Numbered from the stretch's first letter, positions 21,011-31,156 are shown. The stretch is 41,079 nucleotides of DNA from an uncultured cyanobacterium (GCA_963719515.1 CAVRCJ010000012.1:1-41079); one strand, 5' to 3'. The notes: generated from the letters alone by a model not told the origin. A program made the numbers and translations.

Positions 21011-21151
21011 ATGGCAAAAGGACAGCTTAATTTAAGAGTCTCTATTAAAAGATTGCAAAAGCTTAGGGCGATTGCAAAAGAGAGGGACAAGACCATGACT
21101 CAACTGCTAGAAGATTGGATAGATCGCCTACATTTAGAGAAGCCGTCCTGA
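21011..21151 (+). CDS. Small ribbon-helix-helix (CopG/Arc-like) protein, 46 aa (not in the ORF track)
   Basis: Manual translation MAKGQLNLRVSIKRLQKLRAIAKERDKTMTQLLEDWIDRLHLEKPS: alternating beta-strand QLNLRV, helix, turn, helix. Confidence 0.8.
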   Translation: MAKGQLNLRVSIKRLQKLRAIAKERDKTMTQLLEDWIDRLHLEKPS

Positions 21152-21337
21152 AGGACGGGGCTTTAGACCCATGATTTTTGGTAAGGTAGACCGGCGCGGA
21201 GCGGAGCAGCGTAGGGCCAAATAACTTGGCGGAACATTGTTCAGATATACTTAATCTCTGTTGAACCAATTTTAACGCCGTTGGGCTTCTGCCTGCAGGC
21301 AATCTGGCTCTCTCGCAAATGAGGTTGTTTGGAGGCT

Positions 21338-23104
21338 ATGTTTTCCGACATTACGCGCCACTGGTCTAGGCAATGTGTCTTGGCCTTGTTCCGCCGCAAT
21401 CTGGTGAATGGCTATCCTGATGGGGCGTTTCGGCCCGACTGGGTCCTGACCCGGGCCGAATTTGCGGCGTTGATGACGCGGGTCTTTTCTCAACTTCCCG
21501 CGCAGCAGAGCAGTACGCCATTTCGAGATGTATTTGAGCAGCACTGGGCCAGTGCTGCTATTAGCTGGGTGAGCCAACGCAGGTTGTTCAGCGGCTTTGA
21601 GGACGGCACCTTTCGCCCTCAGCTCGCGATTTCCAGACTTCAGGCCGTTATCGTGATAGACGCCGGGCTGGGAGTGAGTCAGCCTATAGAAGCAGCCTCT
21701 ATAGAGGAGGCCAAGCGACAGTTTAGCGACGCGGCCGATATTCCCGCTTGGGCGCAAGGGGCGATCGCCGCTGCTCTAGAGCGCCAGCTCTTGGAGCAAC
21801 TCCCCGAACCCAGACCGCTGCTGCCTCAGCAGGCCATTACCCGAGGCGAAGCGACGGCGCTGCTCTGCCGCGCTCTCAATATTCCCCCCACAGAACTCAC
21901 CCACGATTACCCCGCAGCAGCAGCCCAAGAGCGGCAGGCAGTTTTTCAGCGGTTTTTGCGCCAGGAGGCCGGGTTCAACTCAGAAAAGCTGGCATTTTTG
22001 GATCGGGGCATTGAGCGATCGCTCTATCAACGTGAAGTAATAGAGTACGCGCCGCGCCTCAAAACCTTTGCTCAGCCCTCTGCGGCCATCCCAGCCCCCC
22101 TTGCCAAAACTGTGGCCTATCCTTTTAGAGGCGCTCTACCCACCATAGAGTCAAAGGGCCTGGACTTCCTCTCGCCGGACATCGTATCGGGCTGCTTATG
22201 CCTCGCGACTTTGCAGAAAGGCGAACTGCGCACCCGCTGGATGGGGCGTGCAGCACTGGACAGCCGAGAGCTGTGGAGCGCTACGAAATTTGTGCCCCTG
22301 CTCGATGTGGTAGACCGCGCCAACGCCATCGCTCCTGACATCCCCATTGACCGCTGCCGTATTCGCATCGAGGGGAGCCAAGCAGGGTATCCCTTTTACA
22401 ACTTTGCCGAGGGCATCGTCAGCTACAGCAACCGTATTGCCACCTCCAATTCCCTAGCCGTAACGGTTAAGAACTTCGCAACTCCCATCGGCCTAGAGCG
22501 CTGGCTGCGACAGCAAACGGGCAACCAGCAGCTCACCTTCCGGGGGCGTTATGGCGAGGTGCCCTTTATCCAGCGCCCTGAACTTTGGGACAGCCAGACG
22601 AGGCGGGTGCTGCTCAGGCCCTCTGGCGTACTGCATCAGGGCGAGAACTCGGTCTCGACGTACGATCTAACGCGGCTGCTAACTATGGCGGCCTGGCATT
22701 ACCCTATATCCAGGCAGGCGAATTTTTCCGCAGCACAGGGGCACAGCCTCAAGCCCGTGATTCGCGCCATGGGCGTCGACACGGCCCGCTATGGAGATGT
22801 GGCGATAGAGACCTTAGGGCTAGCAGACTACGTCACCTCCCCCGTACTGCTCTCTAAAAGTGGATTTGGCCGCAGCAGCCTGCGCGATCGCACCGAGCTA
22901 TCCTACTGCGCCCTAGTGCAGTTCAGCCTGCCCCGCCAAGGGGCGACTGACTTCACCGCCACCCATCAGCACTACGCGCTGGGCTTCACCCTGATTGCGG
23001 CCAAGGACACTGGCGACGGAAACGAGGAAGCCCGCTACGTCGACGCCCTTATGGCCGCTGAGGTGACCGAAATTCTGCGCCGGGCAGTTATTGGAGCGCT
23101 ATAA
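21338..23104 (+). CDS. S-layer homology domain protein with an uncharacterised C-terminal domain
   Basis: Three SLH repeats (GYPDGAFRPD..LTRAEFA, GFEDGTFRP, ITRGEATA). Confidence 0.9.
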   Translation: MFSDITRHWSRQCVLALFRRNLVNGYPDGAFRPDWVLTRAEFAALMTRVFSQLPAQQSSTPFRDVFEQHWASAAISWVSQRRLFSGFEDGTFRPQLAISRLQAVIVIDAGLGVSQPIEAASIEEAKRQFSDAADIPAWAQGAIAAALERQLLEQLPEPRPLLPQQAITRGEATALLCRALNIPPTELTHDYPAAAAQERQAVFQRFLRQEAGFNSEKLAFLDRGIERSLYQREVIEYAPRLKTFAQPSAAIPAPLAKTVAYPFRGALPTIESKGLDFLSPDIVSGCLCLATLQKGELRTRWMGRAALDSRELWSATKFVPLLDVVDRANAIAPDIPIDRCRIRIEGSQAGYPFYNFAEGIVSYSNRIATSNSLAVTVKNFATPIGLERWLRQQTGNQQLTFRGRYGEVPFIQRPELWDSQTRRVLLRPSGVLHQGENSVSTYDLTRLLTMAAWHYPISRQANFSAAQGHSLKPVIRAMGVDTARYGDVAIETLGLADYVTSPVLLSKSGFGRSSLRDRTELSYCALVQFSLPRQGATDFTATHQHYALGFTLIAAKDTGDGNEEARYVDALMAAEVTEILRRAVIGAL

Positions 23105-23341
23105 AACTCCCAAACTGCGATCGCCATGGGTCGCCATCGAAAAGGCTGGCTCTCTACTTTCGATGCAGGTGGCCGGGAGCCGAACAAGTATCTTGACCAC
23201 AAACTTTGCGCCCTGAGCGGGAGTGGATGAGAAGCTTATCTCGCCCCCGTGCCTTTGGGCAACGATCTGATAGGCGATGGATAGACCCATACCCGTTCCC
23301 TTGCCAACAAACTTGCTTGTAAATACATCCTTGCAGCTCAA
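23099..23341 (-). pseudogene. Orphan histidine kinase HATPase_c C-terminal fragment
   Basis: FTSK..GKGTGMGLSIAYQIV..RHGGEI (F/G2 boxes) with no N-box, G1 or HisKA upstream. Confidence 0.7.
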
Positions 23342-23411
23342 GATAACCTATTTTAAGCTCCTGGGTGCAATATACGTATTGCCAGCGGCCACGACTGCGG
23401 GCTTTTATCTA

Positions 23412-23437
23412 GCTCGCGTCTAGCGCTAGACGCGAGC
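23412..23437. repeat. Perfect 26-bp palindrome downstream of thioredoxin
   Basis: GCTCGCGTCTAGC|GCTAGACGCGAGC. Confidence 0.85.
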
Positions 23438-23507
23438 GCTCTATCCCGAGACAAGCTTGAGATAAAGCGCAGCCGTCTGTAAGCTCGGGCGATCGCCTTT
23501 TATAGAA

Positions 23508-23831
23508 CTACGCTAAGTGCTTATCCAACGCCGCACTGTACTCTTCGTAAGGCTTCTTCCCTACCAGCGTCTCTGCCACCTCGCCCTGCTTGAAAAACAT
23601 GACGGCGGGGATACTGCGAATGCTGTACCGCTTGGCAAGCTCCTTGTTTTCGTCGAGGTCTAGCTTGAAGATCTTGGCGCGATCGCCATAGGCTTCAGCG
23701 AGCTGGTCGATGAGGGGAGCCACCAGTCGACAGGGGCCGCACCAAGTTGCAGTGCAGTCGACGACAAACACAGTCTCTGACGTCAAGAGCGTCTCGAACT
23801 CGGCTTCGTTTTGGATGTAAGTAGCAGGCAT
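23508..23831 (-). CDS. Thioredoxin (probably x-type), 107 aa
   Basis: ATWCGPCRLVAP active site; start MPATYIQ. Confidence 0.95.
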   Translation of the reverse strand: MPATYIQNEAEFETLLTSETVFVVDCTATWCGPCRLVAPLIDQLAEAYGDRAKIFKLDLDENKELAKRYSIRSIPAVMFFKQGEVAETLVGKKPYEEYSAALDKHLA

Positions 23832-23927
23832 GGGTAAGCCCCGGTAAAGCTCTATTGTCTCACGGGGGTTACCTTTATCACGGCGCCAGCGAATTACACC
23901 GACCTCCACCCGGCTCGCTAGACCTAC

Positions 23928-24666
23928 TTATGCGCCGTCAGTAGAGGCAACAGGCCCGCAATCGCGGTGGGTCGTCAGCACCCGCTCCACCCGGTCTAGC
24001 TCCAGTTCATTGAGGTAATCCACCGCCCAGTTGGCCTGCCGCTGAATCATGTGATAGGGATAGGTGTTGGCCACCCCCACTACCGATAAACCCGCTGCCT
24101 TCGCCGCCTCAATGCCCGCAAAAGTGTCCTCAATGGCGATCGCCCTGCTGGCATCTACATGGGGATACTGCTTTTGTAGCTGGCTCAGACCCTTGAGGTA
24201 GCCTGCTGGGTCCGGCTTGCTGGTTCCCACATCGTCGCCGCCCACGATCACGGAAAAGTATTTGGCCAAGTCCGCCCGCTCTAGCACCTGCTTCACCTCG
24301 GCCCGCAGGGCACCGCTCACCACCGCCATAGGCACCTGGGACACCCGCAGCTTGTAAACCAAGTCCGCCACCCCCGACATAGACCGGCAACGGGTCTATC
24401 GCCTCTATCGCCTGGAGGTAGCGCTGAGACTTCCGCTGCAGAAGGTTGTCCAAGTCCGACTCTTTTAGCACTCGACCCCGACGACCAAACAGCGTTTCTA
24501 GGGAAGCGCGATCGCTCCGCCCCAAGCAAACTGTCCGATACTCCTCGGGGTTGGGGCGCAGATTTTCTTCGAGCAAAAGCTCCTCAGTCAGCGTTTGGTG
24601 AATGGACTCGTCGTTGATGATCACCCCGTTGAAGTCAAATAAAACCGCCGTCAGCCCACTGCCCAT
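23928..24666 (-). pseudogene. HAD-IA family phosphatase, frameshifted near 24370-24380
   Basis: Motif I (FDFNGVIINDE) in ORF 24130-24666; motifs II-IV (VVSGA, KPDP, IEDTFAGIEAA) in ORF 23928-24380; removing one base near the C5 run joins them. Confidence 0.85.
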
Positions 24667-25541
24667 TGCCCGCTACCCACGACGTTCCACTCTGGCGGCT
24701 GGGCCTTATTCACTTGCTCCACGCCCCGAGTCTCTCCGGCTGGAAGCGGCTTTAGCCCTTGAGTCACCTGGTGCATCCACCAAAACTCGTCGGTGCGGAT
24801 GGCGTCGAACCCAGCGGCCCCCATCCAGGCGTCGGTGCTGCCGGCAGCGTAGTCTTTGATATAGGGTTCTTCAAAAATATCGGTGAGCCAGGCGGCCTCC
24901 CGTAAAGTAGACTGGCAGCCGTCTAAAATGAGCACCTGACCGCCAGGCTGCAGCAGCCGGAACCCTTCGCGCAAGATAGCTTGGGCGATCGCTGGAGGCG
25001 TCTCGTGAAACAGCAGCGAGGCCGTCACGACGTCAAAGGACTGATCGGCATAGCCCGTCGCTTCCGCCGCCCCGTGGCGAAACGCGATCGCTAGCCTCGC
25101 CTCACGGGCCTTTTGCTCAGCCACAATGAGCATATGGGGCGATAGGTCGAGGCCGACAACCTCAGCGCTCGGAAATGCCCGCTTCAGGTGCAGGGTTGTA
25201 GACCCGGTCCCGCAGCCCAAATCGAGGATTCGCCTGGGGCTACCCGCCACCCGCTCCACCAGCGTCTGCCTCACCCAGTCTTCGTGGGGGGGGAGGGCGT
25301 AGCGGGTGATGGGGTCGTAGGTGACCGCTGCGTCGGGGGTGAGATAGCCATGGGTGATGCCGTGAAAGTTTTGGCTGAGGTAGTAGTCGGGATAGTCAAA
25401 ATCGGAGGGGCGTAGGCGATCGCTCTCGGCCTCCCAGTCGACGGCGTTGCGGTGGCGCAGCAGCGCCTCCCGGTCTAGCAGCAGGTTGCCAAAAGCAGGA
25501 GCTAGAAAGCGCTCAAATATTGTGTCTTTACCAGCGGCCAT
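24651..25541 (-). CDS. Class I SAM-dependent methyltransferase
   Basis: ILDLGCGTG, GLDLSP, FDVVT, LQPGG. Confidence 0.93.
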   Translation of the reverse strand: MAAGKDTIFERFLAPAFGNLLLDREALLRHRNAVDWEAESDRLRPSDFDYPDYYLSQNFHGITHGYLTPDAAVTYDPITRYALPPHEDWVRQTLVERVAGSPRRILDLGCGTGSTTLHLKRAFPSAEVVGLDLSPHMLIVAEQKAREARLAIAFRHGAAEATGYADQSFDVVTASLLFHETPPAIAQAILREGFRLLQPGGQVLILDGCQSTLREAAWLTDIFEEPYIKDYAAGSTDAWMGAAGFDAIRTDEFWWMHQVTQGLKPLPAGETRGVEQVNKAQPPEWNVVGSGQWAVG

Positions 25542-25643
25542 AGGTCTTCCTCATGCTCCTTCACAAAGTTTAGTGAATTTTGAAGCGCTCGTGGGGGATT
25601 CCAGCAATTTTCGCGGGTGATGCCCGGCACCGGCAAAGACCAT

Positions 25644-26522
25644 CTATCGCTTCACCGCATACTTGTTGGGCTCAATCTGAGACCCAAAGCGCCGAGCGTA
25701 CACCTGAGTCACTTCCGCCCCAAAAAAAACAATCTGAGCTGAATAGAATATCCACACCAGCAGCACGATCACCGATCCTGCCGCCCCGTAAGCAGACCCA
25801 ATGCCGCTGTTCCCCAGATAAAGGCCAATTCCAAACTTGCCCAGCGAAAACAGCAGCGCCGTCACCGCTGCTCCAAACCAGATATCTCCCCAGGCAATGC
25901 GCACATCGGGCAAAAATCGGTAGATCAAAGCGAACATCAGCGTGGTCATACCAAACGCAATGACAAAGTCGAGCAACTGCGTCATCGCGTCGAGGCCGGG
26001 CATCAGTCCCTGGAGATAGCCCGAGAACCCGGCCACCACTGAGCTGACAACCAGGGACACCAGCAGCAAAAATCCGATGCCCACAATCATTCCTAGGGAC
26101 AGCATCCGCTTGCGGACAAAGCCCATGACGCCCATGTCGGGCCGAACTTTGACGTTCCAGATAATGTTGAGAGACGTCTGCAGCTGCACCAGCACCCCCG
26201 TCGCCCCCACCAGCAGCAGCACGATCCCAACCACCGAGGCCACCCAACCTGAGCTCTCCCCAGGGCGATTAGCGTTGTCTAGCACCGTGCTCAGAGCGTC
26301 AGCGCCGCTGCTGCCGATGAGAGACTCGATCTGCTGTAAGATTTCGTCCTGGACAGTCCCTTGGTCAAAGATTAGGCTGGCGATCGCAATCACCAAGATC
26401 AACAGCGGTGCTAGGGAGAAAATGGTGTAAAAGGCCAGCGCCGCCGCCAACCGCGAAGCATCATCTTGGTTCCATTCTTGGAAGGCCTCTTTCAGCAGTC
26501 GCCAAACCTGTTTAGGACTCAT
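25644..26522 (-). CDS. YihY/BrkB family membrane protein
   Basis: LAAALAFYTIFSLAP, YRFLP, YGAAGS..LLVWIFYS..GAE. Confidence 0.93.
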   Translation of the reverse strand: MSPKQVWRLLKEAFQEWNQDDASRLAAALAFYTIFSLAPLLILVIAIASLIFDQGTVQDEILQQIESLIGSSGADALSTVLDNANRPGESSGWVASVVGIVLLLVGATGVLVQLQTSLNIIWNVKVRPDMGVMGFVRKRMLSLGMIVGIGFLLLVSLVVSSVVAGFSGYLQGLMPGLDAMTQLLDFVIAFGMTTLMFALIYRFLPDVRIAWGDIWFGAAVTALLFSLGKFGIGLYLGNSGIGSAYGAAGSVIVLLVWIFYSAQIVFFGAEVTQVYARRFGSQIEPNKYAVKR

Positions 26523-26538
26523 AGGGATTTTTGGGGCT

Positions 26539-28056
26539 TTAGGACGTGGACTTTAGATGGTCAGCAATCCGCAGCGCGTTGGCAATCAGGGTAAGCGTGG
26601 GATTCATCGCCCCCATTGAGGGGAAGAAGCTGCTGTCCACCACATAAAGATTATCTACCTCATGGGCGCGGCAGTTGAGATCGAGAACGGCGGTTTGAGG
26701 ATCGCTGCCAAAGCGGCAGGTCCCCACTTGATGCCAAAGCACCCCCACATCCATGCGCTTATGCCAAAACATATAAAAGCCGATTTCCTTAAGGTGCTGC
26801 TCTAGCACGCTGATCAGCTCTTCATGGGGCTTAAGGTTGTTGGGGGTAAAGTCGACCTTGATTTGGCCTTCGCTCGTCAGCGTGACGCGGTTGTTGGGGT
26901 CAGGCAGGTCCTCGGTCGTTACCCACCAGTCTACCGAGTGCTCGGCCATGTGCTTTAAATAGTCTTGGGGCAGTTCTGTGGGAGCCATCTTTGCCAGTCG
27001 CTGCCATTTAGCTTTGCCTGTAAGCTGAATTTGGCCCAAAGGATAGTCCTGCAGCGGCCCTTGAAAGTAGTAGTCGTGGACGGCCAGGGTCTTTTGAAAC
27101 ACGACGTCGTTGGGCTCAGATGAAACGGCAACCAGCGCCGAGTGGTTGTGCTTCATCAGGTTGCGGCCCACCTGGTCTGAACCGTTAGCTAGACCATTGG
27201 GGTGCTGCTCGCTGGCAGAGCGCAGCAGCAGCGCCGCCGTATTTACCGCACCGCAGGCCACCACCACCGTGTCCGCCGACAGGGTTTCTAGTCCCTGGTC
27301 CGTTTGAATTTCCACCCGATCGACCCGGCGACCATCCGCCGTGGTCAGCAGCCGCGTCACCAGGGTGTTGAGGCGCAGCGTCACGTTGTCGTAGGCGAGC
27401 GCCGGGTCGACGCAGGCCGTCTGAGCGTCCATCTTGGCGTCAAGCAGGCAGGGATAGGGGTCACAGGTGTCGCAGCGGATGCAGGGGCTGTTGGCCAGAT
27501 TGGCCTCGTTGCGATCGAGGGCTAAAGTGAGGTGCAGCGGCGTCAGCCCCCGCTCAGCTAGACTGTCGGCGACGGTTTGAATGCGGGGCTCATGCTCGAA
27601 GGCGGGAAAGGGATACTCCGCCGACATTGGGGGCTCTGTCGGGTCTTCACCGCGCTGGCCGTGAATTTTGAACAGGCTCTCGGCGCGAGTATAGTAAGGC
27701 TCAAGCTCATCGTAGGATAGCGGCCACGCCGGGGAAACGCCGTCTACATGCTCCAGCTCGCCAAAGTCCTCCTGGCGCATCCGCTGCAGCGCCGCCCCGT
27801 AGAGCTTCGTGTTGCCACCGACGACGTAGTAAGCCTGGGGGTCGAAGGGCTGATCTTTGGCGTCGAGCCACTGCTCATCGGCCTGGTAGCGCCCTTGGGT
27901 GAAGATCTCATCCGCGTCCCAGTTCTCTTTCTCCCGCGGTAGATAGTCCCCCCGCTCAATCAGCAGGATTCGCTTGCCCGTCGGTGCGAGACCATAGGCG
28001 AGCGTGCCCCCACCGGCCCCAGCACCAATGATGATGACGTCGTAATGTTGGTTCAT
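26539..28056 (-). CDS. GMC family oxidoreductase
   Basis: GAGAGG FAD motif, VGGNTK, GRNLMKH, HQVGTCRFG, NPTLT. Confidence 0.93.
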   Translation of the reverse strand: MNQHYDVIIIGAGAGGGTLAYGLAPTGKRILLIERGDYLPREKENWDADEIFTQGRYQADEQWLDAKDQPFDPQAYYVVGGNTKLYGAALQRMRQEDFGELEHVDGVSPAWPLSYDELEPYYTRAESLFKIHGQRGEDPTEPPMSAEYPFPAFEHEPRIQTVADSLAERGLTPLHLTLALDRNEANLANSPCIRCDTCDPYPCLLDAKMDAQTACVDPALAYDNVTLRLNTLVTRLLTTADGRRVDRVEIQTDQGLETLSADTVVVACGAVNTAALLLRSASEQHPNGLANGSDQVGRNLMKHNHSALVAVSSEPNDVVFQKTLAVHDYYFQGPLQDYPLGQIQLTGKAKWQRLAKMAPTELPQDYLKHMAEHSVDWWVTTEDLPDPNNRVTLTSEGQIKVDFTPNNLKPHEELISVLEQHLKEIGFYMFWHKRMDVGVLWHQVGTCRFGSDPQTAVLDLNCRAHEVDNLYVVDSSFFPSMGAMNPTLTLIANALRIADHLKSTS

Positions 28057-28191
28057 GTTGCGATAAATACTCTGTCTATGACGGTAGAAATGATCTAGGC
28101 CAAACACATCTTTCGTTTGACATAGATGAAGTTTTGTGTGGTATCTGAAGACTAAGGGACCTTCGCTGCTGCTACCTCAATTTCTCGACGA

Positions 28192-30874
28192 CTACGCTGC
28201 AGGCACAGGCTTGCCTGACCCGTGAGCCAGCTGCTCCACCGGCAAACTAATTACAAAGCGGCTGCCTTCACCCAGCGTAGAAACGCAGCTCAGCTGCCCC
28301 TGATGGCGCTCGACAACAATCTGGTGGCTAATTGACATTCCCAGCCCCGTGCCGCGCCCCACTGGTTTTGTCGTGAAGAAGGGGTCGAGCATGCGCTGCT
28401 TTACCGCCTCAGAAATGCCGACGCCGTTATCCATAATGGCAATGCAGATGCGATCGCCACCGTTACAGTAAGTGCTGATGGTAATTCGAGGATCATAAGG
28501 CGAGTCTGCGGCGATCGCTCTGCAAACTGGCGGCCTTTTCATCAACGGCGTCAATCGCGTTGACGAACAAATTCATAAAAACCTGGTTGAGCAGTCCGGG
28601 GTAGCACTCTACGAGCGGCAGCTGCCCATAGTGGCGCTCCACCGAAATTTTTGGGCGGCGGTTCTGGGGTTTTAGGCGATTGCCCAGGATCGTCAGGGTA
28701 CTGTCTAAGCCATGGTGAACGTCGATTTGCTTGAGATGAGCGCCACCCCGGTGGGAAAAATCCTGCAGCGCCCGAACAATTTCGGTAATTCGCTCAGCGC
28801 CTACCTCCATAGAGGCCAAGAGCTTGGGCATATCGTCGACGATGTAGTCCAGCTCCGATTCATCGCTTTGGGGCGCGGCAGGGACAAGGCCGGCTGCGGT
28901 ACCCATGGCACTAGAAACCAGCTGCGGCGACTTGGACTGCGCGATTTCCAACAGGGTTGTGGTGTAGTCCTTGAGGTAGTGCAGGTTTCCGTAGATGAAA
29001 TTGATCGGGTTGTTGATTTCGTGGGTTACTCCAGCGACCAGCTGCCCTAGGCTAGACATCTTTTCGCTGTGGACGAGCTGCAGCTGGGTCTGCTTCAGAT
29101 CCGCCAGCGTCTTCTCCAGCTGACGCGCCTTGAGGTCTTTGGCCTCTGAGGCCTGAATCGCCTCCTCGGCCCGCTTGCGCAGAGTAATGTCTCGGAGAAT
29201 CACGGCGTAGCTCCACTCCCGCCGCGTTTTGACGCGGGAGACCGTCATCTCCAGTGGAAAGGTGATTCCCCCCTGACGACGGCCCACCAGTTCGTAGGGG
29301 CAGCCGTCTTCACTGGCCTGATACAGAAGCCGCTCTAGAGCATCTACACCGTCACCGGGAAGCGTTTGGGTCTTCAGGATCTGCATCAGGGACTGCTGAC
29401 ACAGGCGCTCCTCTGACACCCCGAACGAATTGCGCACGGCTGGGTTGGCGGAGCGGATCTGCAGGCCTTGAGGGGCAACGGTAAGAATGACTTCGCTGGC
29501 CGCTGCCACAATGGCATCCGTACGCGCTAGCGCCCGCTCTAGGCGGCTAATAACGCGGTTGTAGCGGGCCGCGATTTGTCCTACGGGCGTGAACGGCTCG
29601 GCCGGGGCCCGCAGTCCCAGATCTCCCGTACGCTCCTGTCGGCGCATCACCATAAACAAATCAACCAGGTCGCTGGTGGCCCCATGTTCCGAAACGTTGA
29701 GGCCGATGTGCTCATGGCGACGGCTGACCCGCAGGGGCCAACGGCGATTGATTTGGTAGAGCAGGATAAAGGCTACCCCGAAGGTCCACAGTCCGGCCAC
29801 CCCAATGCCCAAAATCTGAGCCAGTATCTGCTCAGGGCGACTCAGCCCCGTGGTCAGGAGAGTGCGATCGCCGAAGAGCCCCACGGCTAAGGTGCCCCAA
29901 ACGCCAGCGCTCAGGTGGACCGGAATTGCCCCCACCACATCATCGATACGGCGACGCTCTAGAAAGCGATCGGTGCTCAGCATGCAGAGGCTACCGATGC
30001 CGCCGATCAAGATAGCGGCTCCGGCGGTGACGACGTGACAGCTGGCCGTAATGGCAACCAACCCCGCTAAAGAGCCATTCATCACGCCCTTAACGGAAAT
30101 TTGTCGCTGCCGCAGCACGTCTAACAGCAGGGGAGTAGTTAGCCCTGCCGACCCCGCCAGTAGCGTATTGGCGATGATGCCGGGCACCTGATCATTTAGG
30201 GCCAAGACGCTGCCGCCGTTGAAGCCAAACCACCCTAGCCACAGCAGCAGCGTCCCGAGTAAGGCTAGAGGCAGGTCATAGCCAACAATCAGCCGCCGCC
30301 GCTTATGAGAGAACCGCCCCACCCGAGGTCCAATCACCAGCACCGCCGCCAGCGCCACCCACCCGCCCACGCTATGCACCACGGTAGAGCCTGCAAAGTC
30401 CACAAACCCTAAGCTTCCCAACCAGCCGCTGCTGCCGCCGCTGTCCAATCCGTTCCAGCTCCAGTGGCCAAAGATGGGATACAGCACTCCGGACACTAGC
30501 AGCGTAATGACGAGATAAGCGCCAAAGCGAATGCGCTCAGCCACCGCCCCCGACACGATGGTGACGGCGGTGCTGCAAAACATCGCCTGAAACAGGAAGA
30601 AGGCGGCGGTCCACACCTCGCCTTGGCCCACTTCAGGCATAAAGAGCGTCGCTCCAATCCAGCCGCTGCGGGTTTGGCCGAACATCAGGCCGAATCCAAA
30701 CAGCCAAAAGCACAGGACGGACAACCCCAAATCCGCAATGTTTTTGATGACGACGTTGATATTATTTTTGCTGCGGGTTGACCCCGCTTCAAGACCCAAA
30801 AATCCAGCCTGCATCAAAAAGACCAGGCTAGCGGATATCAAAATCCAAAGAATATCTATCGACGATCGATCCAT
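28192..30874 (-). CDS. Ammonium transporter-PAS-histidine kinase fusion, frameshifted in the ATPase domain (~28510-28530)
   Basis: Amt motifs DFAGSTVVH, WFGFN, DDVVGAIPVH; PAS-like region; H-box HEINNP; N-box NLFVNAIDA; G1 DNGVG and G2 GTGLG lie in the next frame (28192-28554). Confidence 0.9.
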
Positions 30875-31140
30875 GTTTACTGCGCAAAATACTGGAGGCA
30901 AACGACTCTCCCAGAACCAGCGTCGCGATCGCTCGGTGGAGCAATCTGTCTAAAAGCTGCCAATTAGCGAGCGCTTGCTCAGCGAAAAAATTTCCCTATT
31001 TTGTTAGCAGATGCCGAATGCCCTAGTACCGCACGTTAAGGTCAAGAGTCAACAGTGCTGCGATCGCCTTGCGCTGTGCAGCACTATTTCGTTTCGAAGC
31101 CCGTTCGTAACGTTTCTTATCCCTAAACATCCCTACGATA

Positions 31141-31156
31141 GGTGATCCCCGTCACA
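31141..31156. promoter_or_regulatory. Putative CRP-family binding site upstream of the Amt-HK gene
   Basis: GGTGA-tccccg-TCACA, 9/10 match to TGTGA-N6-TCACA. Confidence 0.45.

Larger units (their letters stand above)
19804..21180 (-). mobile_element. Non-autonomous IS200/IS605-family element (tnpB + divergent RHH ORF, no tnpA)
   Basis: Minus strand: target TTAC (21184-21181) | LE ...AAAG-CCCCGTCCTTCAGGACGG; RE GAAT-CCCCGCTCTTCAGGGCGGGG-AGTACG-TCAA (ends 19804). Same guide/cleavage tetranucleotides as IS608. Confidence 0.9.

Noticed and set aside
20968..21096. Long N-terminal extensions of the TnpB ORFs in the track (also 39221-39424)
   Set aside because: They overlap the divergent RHH ORFs; family-typical starts are at 20967 and 39425
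31107..31120. NtcA box upstream of Amt-HK
   Set aside because: GTA-N8-TAT mismatches the TAC half-site; too weak to call
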